Part shown: positions 38,140 through 48,163 of the stretch, piece after piece
How the letters are laid out: each line of letters begins with the position of its first letter
Position numbering within the stretch: position 1 is the first letter of the stretch
Assembly: GCA_052327205.1 (NCBI GenBank)
Contig: CM126210.1
Span: 15,190,001-15,254,000 of the forward strand
Source: Somniosus microcephalus
Lineage: Eukaryota
Direction of reading: 5' to 3'
DNA: 64,000 bases
Program-made: the position numbers and the translations under genes
The notes under the pieces: model-generated
Seen by the model: only the letters and a program-made list of their open reading frames with translations
Databases searched by the model: none
Told to the model about the DNA's origin: nothing

Positions 38140-38630
38140 GAAACATTGAAACATAGGAACATAGAAGATAGGAGCAGGAGTAGGCCATTCGGCCCCTCGA
38201 GCCTGCTCCGCCATTCAATGCGATCATGGTTGATCATCCAAATTCAGTACCCTGTCCCTGCCTTCTCCCCATATCCCTTGATCCCTTTAGTCTTAAGAAA
38301 TATATCTAACTCCTTCTTGAATATATTTAATGAATTGGCCTCTACTGCCTTCTGTGGTAGAGAATTCCTCAGGTTCACCGCTCTCTGGGTGAAGAAATTC
38401 CTCCTCATTTCTGTCCTAAATGGCTTACCCTTTATCCTTAGACTGTGACCCCTGGTTCTGGACTCCCCCGCCATCGGGAACATCCTTCCTGCATCTAGTC
38501 TGTCTAGTCCTGTCAGAATTTTATAAGTTTCAATGAGATCCCCTCTCATTCTTCTAAACTCCAGCGAGTATAAGCCCAATCGACCCAATCTCTCCTCGTA
38601 CATCATTCCTGCCATCCCAGGTATCAGCCA
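38140..38630 (-). mobile_element. CR1 3' fragment inserted into an L2 3' end (~37945-38800)
   Basis: ORF 38244-38615 is the CR1 ORF2 C-terminus. The flanks match an L2 tail on the - strand. Confidence 0.85.
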
Positions 38631-38843
38631 GGGTGTGGGCCTAGATGGCTAAAAGCATGGCCGCCAATGGTGGGACAAAGGGGTGGGGGATGCACAAGAG
38701 CCCAGAGTAATATTAATGAAGAAGCCAAGGGTGGGTTGTAGTGTTGGAGGTGGTTACACAAATAGTAAGGGGGCAAGACCATGAATGGATTTAAACACAA
38801 GTGGAGAAATTAAATGGGCTGAGTTGCTGGACCATGAGTTAAT

Positions 38844-39609
38844 GGCCCAGTAATTCCGGGCCCAACGTGTGAGTAAGGACGGGGTACTCACGCGTGTGCC
38901 CGGAGGAATTGCCGGTTTTCAGCATGCACAGCGCATGCGCTGAAAACCGGCATTTCCTGTCCTCTGACCCAAGGGGTTAAGAGGCTGAATGCGTGTGCGG
39001 TATCGGGCAGCGCGTGCGACTTGGATTTCCTCTATTTTTAGAGAGTTGCGCGTGTGTAAAGGCCTCCGGTATTTACACATTGAAGAACCACACGTAAGTA
39101 CTTAGTTTTACAGGTAAGTGGTCTATTAATACAATTGAGAATTTTTTTTTCCATAGGTTTGTTATTTTTAAAGAATTTACAGTAAGGTAAGTTTAGTTTT
39201 ACCCCCGATTTTTTATATAAATTTTTTTTTCAAATTTTAAAATTATTGTTTAAGATAGTTTTTCAGAGTTCTTTATGGTTCATTTAAGTAGTGCAATGTT
39301 TTTTTTAATTTTCTTTCAGGTTTAAGTAGTGTTTTGGGGCCAGGAGTTTTCATGAGTTTGATAGCTCTTACTGTCAAACTCATGAATGAACTTTTGCAAC
39401 CTACCATTGGTTGCCCTGTGCTCACGTGATCCCAGCCGGCTCATCGCACTAAGTACGCCGCTGGGTCACGCGCGCACAGCGCGGCAGGACCTCAAGCGGG
39501 CCAGTGAGAGGAAATGCAATGCGGGCCAGGATTAAAATGTCAACGCGCCGGGTAAGTGAACATCGGGGGCTTGCACGCGCGGCAAGCTCCCGATCCTAAT
39601 TTCAGGGCC
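38844..39609. mobile_element. Harbinger-type MITE with 3-bp TSD AAT
   Basis: TIR GGCCCAGTAATT / AATTTCAGGGCC. AAT at 38841-43 and 39610-12. Homologous to ~59330-59830. Confidence 0.8.
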
Positions 39610-39619
39610 AATGTTTGTC

Positions 39620-40300
39620 AGTGAGGAAAGGGGTTATGGATGAGCTGGATTTGGTGCAAGATATGATATGGGCAGTGGAGTTTTGACTGAGCTGAAATTG
39701 ACAGAGGGTAGGCTGGCCAGGAGAGCATTGGAATAGTCAGTTCTGGAGAAGCAAAAGCATAGCTGAGGGTTTCAGCAAGAGATGTGTTTAAATATAGCTC
39801 AAGATCAATCAGGCCACTGAGGTTGCAAACAGTCTGGTTCACCTAACGGACAGTTGCAGGGAGGGGTTGGAGTTGGTGGCAGAGGGTACAGAGGCCAAAG
39901 ATGATGGCTTCTGTCTTCCCAATGTTTAACTGGAACAAAATTGCATACTCATCCAAGACTAGATGTCAGACAAGCAGTCTGATAGCAGAGATGCAGTAGG
40001 GGGAAATTATGTAGTGGGGAGGTAGAGTTGAGCATCATCAGCATACATGTGGAAGTTGACCCCGTGTCTGCAGCTGATGTTGATAAGAGGCAGCATTTAG
40101 ATGAGGAAGACGCGGGGGCCAAGGATGGATCCTTGGGGCATCTGTCGGTGATGATGATGCAAGGGTGAGAAGCCACTGCTGGAGATGCTCTGCCCAGATC
40201 AGATAAGCAAGAAAAGGCAGTGCCACTGAGCTGTGCATTTCAGGAGGGTGGAATGATCAACTGCGGTAAAGGCAGCAGAGGAGTTGAGGAAGATGAGGAG
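39620..40300 (-). mobile_element. Old L2 RT fragment
   Basis: Degenerate PQGSILGP and FHMYADDAQLYL on the - strand (~40015-40140). Confidence 0.7.
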
Positions 40301-40334
40301 AGATAATGCACCACAGTGACAGAGAATATTGTGC

Positions 40335-41565
40335 CTATTTCCACCTCCGTAACATCGCCCGTTTCTGCCCTTGCCTCAGCTCATCCGCTGTTGAAGCCCT
40401 CATCCATGCCTTTGTTACCTCTAGACTTGACTATTCCAACGCACTCCTGGCTGGCCTCCCACGTTCTTTTTTTAAATTCATTCATGGGATGTGGGCGTCG
40501 CTGGCAAGGCCAGCATTTATTGCCCATCCCTAGTTGCCCTTGAGAAGGTGGTGGTGAGCCGCCTTCTTGAACTGCTGCAGTCCTTGCGGTGAAGGTACTC
40601 CCACAGTGCTGTTAAGGCGGGAGTTCCAGGGTTTTGACCCAGCGACGATGAAGGAATGGAGATATACTTCCAAGTCAGGATGGTGTGTGACTTGGAGGGG
40701 AACTTGGAGGTGGTGGTGTTCCCATGCGCCTGCTGCCCTTGTCCTTCTAGGTGGTAGAGGTTGTGGGTTTGGGAGGTGCTGCCGAAGAAGCCTTGGTGAG
40801 TTGCTGCAGTGCATCTTATAGATGGTACACATTGCAGCCACGGTACGCCGGTGGTGGAGGGAGTGAATGTTTAAGGTGGTGGATGGGGTGCCAATCAAGT
40901 GGGCTGCTTTGTCTTAGACGGTGTTGAGCTTCTTGGAGCTGCACTCATCCAGGCAAGTGGAGAGTATTCCATCACAATCCTGACTTGTGCCTTGTAAATG
41001 GTGGAAAGGCTTTGGGGAGTCAGGAGATCCTGCCCTAAGTAAACTTAAAGTCATCCAAAATTTGGTTGCCCATGTCCTAAATTGCGGCAAGTCCCGTTCC
41101 CCCATCACCTCTGTACTCGCTCACCTTCATTGGCTCCCGGTTAAGCAACGCCTTGATTTCAAAATTTTCATCCATGTTTTCAACTCGCACCATGGCCTCG
41201 CCCCTCCCTATCTCTGTAATCTTCACCAGCCCCACACCACCCCCCCCGAGATATCTGCGCTCCTCTAATTCAGCCCTCTTGAGCATCCCTGATTATAATC
41301 ACTCAACCATTGGTGGCCGTGCCTTCTATTGCCGAGGCCCTCAGCTCTGGAATTCCCTGCCTAAACCTCTCCTCCTCTCTACCTTTCTTTCCTCCTTTAA
41401 GACGCTCCTTAAAACCTACTTCTTTGACCAAGCTTTTGGTTACCTGCCCTAATTTCTCCTTATGTGGCTCGGTGTCCAATTCTTTGCCTTAAAATAATCC
41501 TGTGAAGCGCCTTGGGACGTTTTACTACATTAAAGGTGCTATATAAATACAATTTGCTGTTGTTG
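40335..41565 (+). mobile_element. L2 3' fragment interrupted by a family A LINE 3' end (40466-41025, - strand)
   Basis: [10 protein letters not shown]...[10 protein letters not shown] continues as KLKVIQN...LHWLPVKQRLDFK, followed by an L2 tail. Confidence 0.85.
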
Positions 41566-42543
41566 TTTGGTTAGGGCCATTTCAGTGTTGTTGGAGAAGC
41601 AGAAACCCGATTGGAGAAATGCAAACAGGGAATTGAGGGAGAGATGAGCATGGATCTAGTAGGCCACAACATGGACAAAGGGGTCAAGAATTATTTTTTT
41701 AATGAGAGGAGTAATGAGGGAAGGTTTGAATGGGAGGGGGACAATGCCTGAGGAGAGGGAACCGTTTATGATGCCAGGTATAACAGGCAGCCAATCTGCT
41801 ACCGTCAAATCTATCCCACCATGTTTTCCAGCTACATGAAGCCCAGTGAGGCATTAACAAAATTTGCGAATCAACTTGAAAACCCACTTGCGCATGAACA
41901 GCTGTTTCTTTGTTGTGATGTAACATGTGGAAAGTGGAAGTTTAGCATCATGTTGTTACAAGCTACTCAGAAACCATTAAGGTACCCGTCAAAATATCAT
42001 ATCATTTCCTCTGTTTTATTGTCATCAGGACACAGCGCAGGATGAATTAAACATAATCCCAGAAAATAAACAATTTCGCATGGAGGGATTTGAAAACAAG
42101 GATGAGAATTTTGAAATCGAGGCGTTGCTTAACTGGGGAGCCAATGAAAGTCAGCGAGCTCAGGGGGTGATGGGGGATCGGGACTTGACGCGAGTTCGGA
42201 CACGGGCAGCTGAGTTTTGGATGGCCTCAGGTTTACGTAGGGCAGAACCTCCTGACTCCCCGAAGCCTTCAGCGACTTGTCTGAGATGATGTCATTGCGT
42301 CAATGATTAGGAAAAATTAAGCAATTTAATTGGCAAATGTAAAGAGTTAACCTTTACAAAAAGCATTTTTTTCTTAATTTGGAGAATGGTCGTGTGTTAT
42401 TTCATCATGAGCAAGTGATTCATTAATGCAGTTATTATAATTTATCCCATCATATTTTGCCTTTATAAACAAGAGAAAGAAAGATTAGCCAAACCCTTTC
42501 ATTAGGAAGATGATGCTTTATATTTTTTGTCGTGAAATACTAA

Positions 42544-43075
42544 GGGCTAAAAATTGAGTGGGGCGCTAACTTCGCCGGGGCGCTAAAAGGGGAGGGGCCT
42601 TGTGCAGCGCGACCTGGGGCCCAGCTGGGCCCCCAGGGATCAGGAGTGCAGGCAAAAGAGCCCGGCACTCAAGAGAAGTGCCAGGCTCTTTGCGCGCAGC
42701 CAGCACTCTGCGGTGGGGGGGTGGGTTCAGGAGGCCGGGGATGGGAGCGCAGGCAGGTGCTGGCAGGCGGCCAGCAACAAAAATGGCCGCCCCGCACCTC
42801 GCCTTTAAATTGCGCCTCCCCGGCCGCAGGTAGGCCCCCTTGACCCCGTCGGACATAGTGTCCAGCGGTAAGTGGGGGGGCGCTCCCGAAGATTGTGGCC
42901 GGGGCGTCAGCGGGGTGCTGCGTACACCAATGACGTCATCACCAGCGGCGCAGTGCCGCAGGGTGCTACCGGGTAGCGCCACCACTAACCACCCGCTGAA
43001 TTTTGCGGGAGGCGTGGGCAGTGCTGCGCCCGGGCGCTAGTTGCGTTGCGTCCCATTAGCGCCCTCTTAAGGCCC
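42544..43075. mobile_element. GC-rich Harbinger-type MITE (inverted relative to the 32335 copy)
   Basis: GGGCTAAAAATTGAG end. Reverse-complement homology to 32335-33054. Confidence 0.7.
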
Positions 43076-43785
43076 TTAGTATCTATCGATCTCTGTCTTG
43101 AATATACTCAACCACTGAGCCCTCCACAGCCCTCTGGGGGTAGAGAATTCCAAAGAGTCACCACCCACTGAGTGAAGAAATTTCTCCTCATCTCGGGGTG
43201 GGGGTGGGGGCGGGGTAGTGGGGGGGTTAATCTTAACATTGGGCCACGGCGTCAAACCAGCAATATCAAATTAGCCTGCATTATACACCTTCCCCGACTT
43301 TCCTTTCCAACGAAGTCAATGGAAGGAAAAATCACGTGTGCTGTACATTGGGCGGCGGGTTCGAAACACGTCCGATTTACACCATCAGCCAAAGTTAAAA
43401 TTACCCAGCAGGAGTAGAAGCTTGGCAAAAGTGCTATTTAATTCTGCTACTGTGTTCCAGGTAGCATTAGCTGTGCACAATTAACTCCAGGCGAAATGCA
43501 GACAATGACATATGGAAGGGATACTAATTTAGTCCCATTTCTGAAGCATGTCCACTTGCAGTAGAAGAATTAGTCAGTCATTCTGTACCAACTAATGGAA
43601 GTGACCATTCCTCATTTGTACGAAGTACACTCCCACTAAAAGAAAAACACTTGCATTTATGGAACACCTTTCACATCCTTAGGATGCTCCTAAACACTTT
43701 AGAACCAATGAATTACTTTTGAAATAGCAACAGAAAATGCTGGAAACACTCAGCAGGTCAGGCAGCGTCGAGGAGAGAGAAACAG

Positions 43786-43823
43786 AGCCAACGTTTCGAG
43801 TCGGGAGACCCTTCGTCAGAACT
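43786..43823 (-). ncRNA. Minimal type I hammerhead ribozyme motif (PLE-associated)
   Basis: AGTT-CTGACGA-A-GGGTC tccc GACTC-GAAAC-GTT-GGCT on the - strand. Confidence 0.6.
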
Positions 43824-44044
43824 GGACAAGGTTGGAGAAGAGAGATTTTTAAGCAGGGGCAGGGAGGAGGGGAGGAAAGAACAAAGGGAAGGTCTGTGAT
43901 AGGCTGGAAGACAGGAGAGATTGACTGACAAAAGGGGTGATGGTGCGAGGCAAAAGGAGATGGTAATGGGACAAGTTAAGAAACAAAAGATGACTCTAGA
44001 TGAGGTGTGAATGATGATGGCAGCAACATGAAAAGCTACCATGT

Positions 44045-44650
44045 GAGAAAGGATGTCTTGCTGCAGTTGTACAGGGCCTTGGTGAGACCACACCTTGAGT
44101 ATTGTGTGCAGTTGTGGTCACCTTATCTGAGGAAGGATGTTCTTGCCATGGAGAGAGTGCAGCAAAGATTCACCAGACTGATACCTGGGGTGGCAGGAAT
44201 GACGTATGAAGAGAGATTGGGTCGATTAGGCTTATATTCGCTAGAGTTTAGAAGAATGAGAGGGGATCTCATTGAAACTTATAAAATTCTAACAGGACTA
44301 GACAGACTAGATGCTGGAAGGATGTTCCCGATGGCGAGGGAGTCCAGAACCAGGGGTCACAGTCTAAGGATAAGGGGTAAGCCATTTAGGACTGAGATGA
44401 GGAGCAATTTCTTCACCCAGAGAGTGGTGAACCTGTGGAATTCTCTACCACAGAAGGCAGTTGAGGCCAATTCATTAAATATATTCAAGAAGGAGTTAGA
44501 TATATTTCTTAAGGCTAAAGGGATCAAGGGATATGGGGAGAAGGCAGGGACAGGGTACTGAATTTGGATGATCAGCCATGATCGCATTGAATGGCGGAGC
44601 AGGCTCGAGGGGCCGAATGGCCTACTCCTGCTCCTATCTTTTATGTTTCT
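44045..44650 (+). mobile_element. CR1 3' fragment
   Basis: ORF 44007-44561 has [21 protein letters not shown]...WNSLPQKAVEA. Confidence 0.9.
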
Positions 44651-44880
44651 TCTATGTAAAACAAGAGAAAAAAATAAAAAATATATAAAGAAATACAGGG
44701 GCCAAGATTATAGTCTGAAATTGTTGAACTCGATATTGAGTCCAGAAGGCTGTTAAGTGCCTAATCGAAAGATGAGGTGCTGTTCCTCGAGCTTACGTTG
44801 AGCTTCGTTGACCTCCCCTTGGTTCTTTCCTCCCCTCCTCCCTGCCTCTGCTTAAAAATCTCTCTTCTCTAACCTTTTCC

Positions 44881-44915
44881 AGTTCTGATGAAGGGTTCGA
44901 CCCGAAACGTTAACT
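44881..44915 (+). ncRNA. Minimal type I hammerhead ribozyme motif
   Basis: AGTT-CTGATGA-A-GGGT tcg ACCC-GAAAC-GTT-AACT. Confidence 0.65.
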
Positions 44916-46669
44916 CTGTTTCTCTCTCCTCGATGCTGCCTGACCTGCTGAGGGTTTCCAGCATTTTCTGTTGTTATTTCAGATTTCCAGCGTCCGCCGT
45001 ATTTTGCTTAGTGGATTACTCTTGAAGTCTGTTTGCGGTTGTTATGTAGGGAAACGTAGCAGCTGATTTTTGCACAAAACCAACTCCCACAAATGGCAAA
45101 TGAGATGAATAGCCAGTTAAACAGAAGCAAAATACCGCGGAGGCCGGAAATCTAAAATAAAAACAGACAGTGCTGGAAACACTCAGCAGGTTCAGCCACA
45201 TCTGTGGAGAGAGAAACAAGGGCCAGAATTTTGCCTACCTGGGCGGGTCCACTGCGGCCGGTGTCCATGGCGGGTCGTGACCCCGCTGCTGGCTCCATCC
45301 CACTGTATAAAATGAACTTACCTTAATGGGGCCTATTAAGCTCATCCAGCACGTTAACTGGCCCAATGAGATGGAGCGGGTCCGGTGATGTCATTCATGA
45401 CGCGTTTTAAGCCGGGATCCTTAAAGGGACCATGGCCACATTAAATTTTAAGTTTAATCTAACAAAGTGGGTGTTGAATCTTTACTGTACAATAATATAA
45501 CAAAAGCTATACATGAGTGACAAAGAAATATTTAAATAATACCATTAAGTAATATGACGCCATGTACAAATACGATCAATTAAAAAAGAACATTAATTGG
45601 GAAGTTATTGGTGCTTTAGTCACTAATCTATAGACTTTTGTATCAGCAACTGGTACACATAAAAGATGTGTGTGTATAGGCAATACATAAAATTAAGCAG
45701 ATTTTAAAAGTAATTGTAAAAGGGTGGATTTACAATCTTTTGCAAGTTCTGTGGAAGAGCTGTGGAATCCCTGACAAACAGTGTAAGTGGTGCTTACAAT
45801 GTGTTTCTGGGATTTCTGCAGCTCTTCTGTTGAAGTTAACAATGGACAAGTGAGAGAACCACTGTAGAAATTCACCCTAAATTCTCGGACTGAAAAATTC
45901 AATTAGTCAAATTCAGGGATTGAAAGCAAATTGAAACCGGTGGAATGAGTGATGAGAATGAAATTGTTACGGTTGATGACTTGATTTAATGTGTAACTGG
46001 ACAATCACAGTATACTGTGAGAAAAACCTGACCAGAAACAACAGAAAAATGTATTTAAATGGTATATGTCAGTTTTTATAGTGCAGATCAATTCACTGCA
46101 ATTACTGTTGAGTTGGAAGGCAACAGCAGAGAATGGCCAGTGAAAAATGTATTTCTGTCACCATCCAGGGTAGCACTTACATCCCTTCAGGAATTTCTGA
46201 ATTAACATTTACCAGTAGCTTTTCAAGTAGAACAGAATCTCCATCAATCTGTTAGCTGATGTAATCAGCATGTTTTTATTTTGGTTTGTTTTCCATGCTG
46301 TCAAGTAATCAGCCGGAGCAATGGCCACAGAACTCACGCCTCAGGTTGACAGACGTGGTTCCCGAGCTGCGTGAATCCCGTGGCCATGCAGGGAAATGTA
46401 AAAAGATGGGGGGAACAGGCTCTTAAGTGCCAGTAAACTACCTCATAATGATTTCAATTGGGTCCCCCGCTGCTGCAGGTCGGGTCGCCTCCATGATGAC
46501 AAACGCGCCTTTGGGAAAGGCGCGTGGGCGCGAGATGACAAAAATAACAACTTTCTCACCCAAACCACCATCGATCTCATCCGCTACCACCCCGGAAAAT
46601 TCAGCCCAGTGTGAATGTTTCAAGTCGATGACCTTTCAGCAGAACTGGTTATAGGCCTGAAACTTTAAC

Positions 46670-46960
46670 TCTGAATAGCCAGTTAATCGGTTTTTAGCGG
46701 TATTGGTTGAAGGACAAATGCTGGCCAGGCCAACTCTTTGCTCTTTTTTGAATAGTGCCACAAGAGCTTTTACATCTACCTGAACGGGCAGACAGGGCCT
46801 TGATTTAATATCTCATTTGAAAGACAGAACCCCAAACAATATAGTATTCCCTCAGTACCACATTGAAATATCATCCTTGCTCAAGACCTGGAGCAGTGCT
46901 TGACTCACAACCTTCTGCTTCAAGGGGGAGAGTGCTGGGGCAAACGGACACTGAGACACA
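46670..46960 (-). mobile_element. Degraded Deu-domain SINE
   Basis: Reverse-complement similarity to 11188-11636 (GCTCTTTTTTGAATAGTGCCA, GCAGACAGGGCCT...CTCATTTGAAAGACAG). Confidence 0.65.
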
Positions 46961-47484
46961 CCGCGAATGGCACTGTTCCAGTGAGTTTTAACTGGAGTAG
47001 CAAACAGGGAGCTGATTAATGTCGCACTTGCCTTAGCAACAGCTGCGACTAAACGTTGCCACCAGGGGCAGAGACCATCATGTTTTTCTAGCCACATACA
47101 GGCTAGCAAACAGGGCGTGACGGCCAAAAGCAAAATTACATATCAATTTTAAAACGCACTGACGCATGAGCAATTGTTTCTCTGTTCCGGTACAAAATAA
47201 ATGAGGCAGTTTAGTAGTGCTGGGAGCTCCAGACAATATTACAGAGCTGCTTCTTGAAGCAGTGCTGCAATATAAATATGCTATGAGGCACAAGGCCATC
47301 CTCAGACTGCCTGTATGATAAGTGTAACACAGGCGTAGAAATTGCAATGCATTTTGCCCATGTTTCGGGTCCAAAACGAGCGCAACGATCACCATGTTGG
47401 CTCGATAGGCGTCCCTGGCGGCCGCCTGGAACAATCGCCGGCCTCATCAAATGGTTAATAAGGGTCCATCGCCCAAATCAGGAC

Positions 47485-47739
47485 TGTAAAGTCTGTGGGT
47501 TGTGCAGTTAATAAATACACAGACTTCAGAAGTAACAAACAAACAGGTCTTTACTATTCGAAGGTCCGGGTGAATCTGCCCCAGCAATCATGCCACAACA
47601 CTTATATACTGGTGTGGTCACTATCGGTATTACAGTATACAGAAGCCAAACAAATAGTGCCACACCTAAAGTAGTTCCCTTAAAGGTGAACGGTTACATT
47701 CAATAGTTCCCTTAAAGATAGACGGGTACATACACTACA
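47485..47739 (-). repeat. 3' LTR (255 bp)
   Basis: Direct repeat of 52230-52484. TATATAAG and AGTAAA on the - strand. Confidence 0.97.
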
Positions 47740-47740
47740 A

Positions 47741-47752
47741 TCCTCCCTTTTT
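47741..47752 (-). promoter_or_regulatory. Polypurine tract
   Basis: AAAAAGGGAGGA on the - strand, one base before the 3' LTR. Confidence 0.85.
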
Positions 47753-48163
47753 AGCTTATTACTTACAGAGTCCCCGTTAAACATACATATCTTCAAATTC
47801 CTATAAAACAAATTACAGATATAATCTCGGTGGAGCCAATGTCATATAAAACAATTTACAAATATAATCTCGGTGGAAACAGTTCACAGGTTCAGTCTCT
47901 GCGGAAACAGTTCATAGATTCAGTCTCTGATCTTGACTCGTTCCGAACAACATTTCTTTGGTGTAGCCGGTTCACCTGGCTAGCGTGACTCCTCCATAGC
48001 CTTTTTCTTGATGTAACAGCTTGAACTTTCGTCCTGTTGAACCAGCAGTGCGGACTTTTACAACCAACTGGCTGTCTTGACATTTTCCAGTTTTTCAACT
48101 AATTTAGCTCCTTTCGTAATGTCCCGCCTGGAATGGTAGAAGTGCTAATATTTTAGACAGTTA

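Larger units (their letters stand above)
43722..45010. mobile_element. Penelope-like element ends in inverted arrangement, interrupted by CR1 (44045-44650)
   Basis: Minus-strand GIY-YIG C-terminus (EAQRKLEEQHLIFRLGT*QPSGLNIEF, ~44715-44810). Two oppositely oriented terminal segments, each with a CTGAYGA...GAAAC hammerhead core. Confidence 0.75.
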
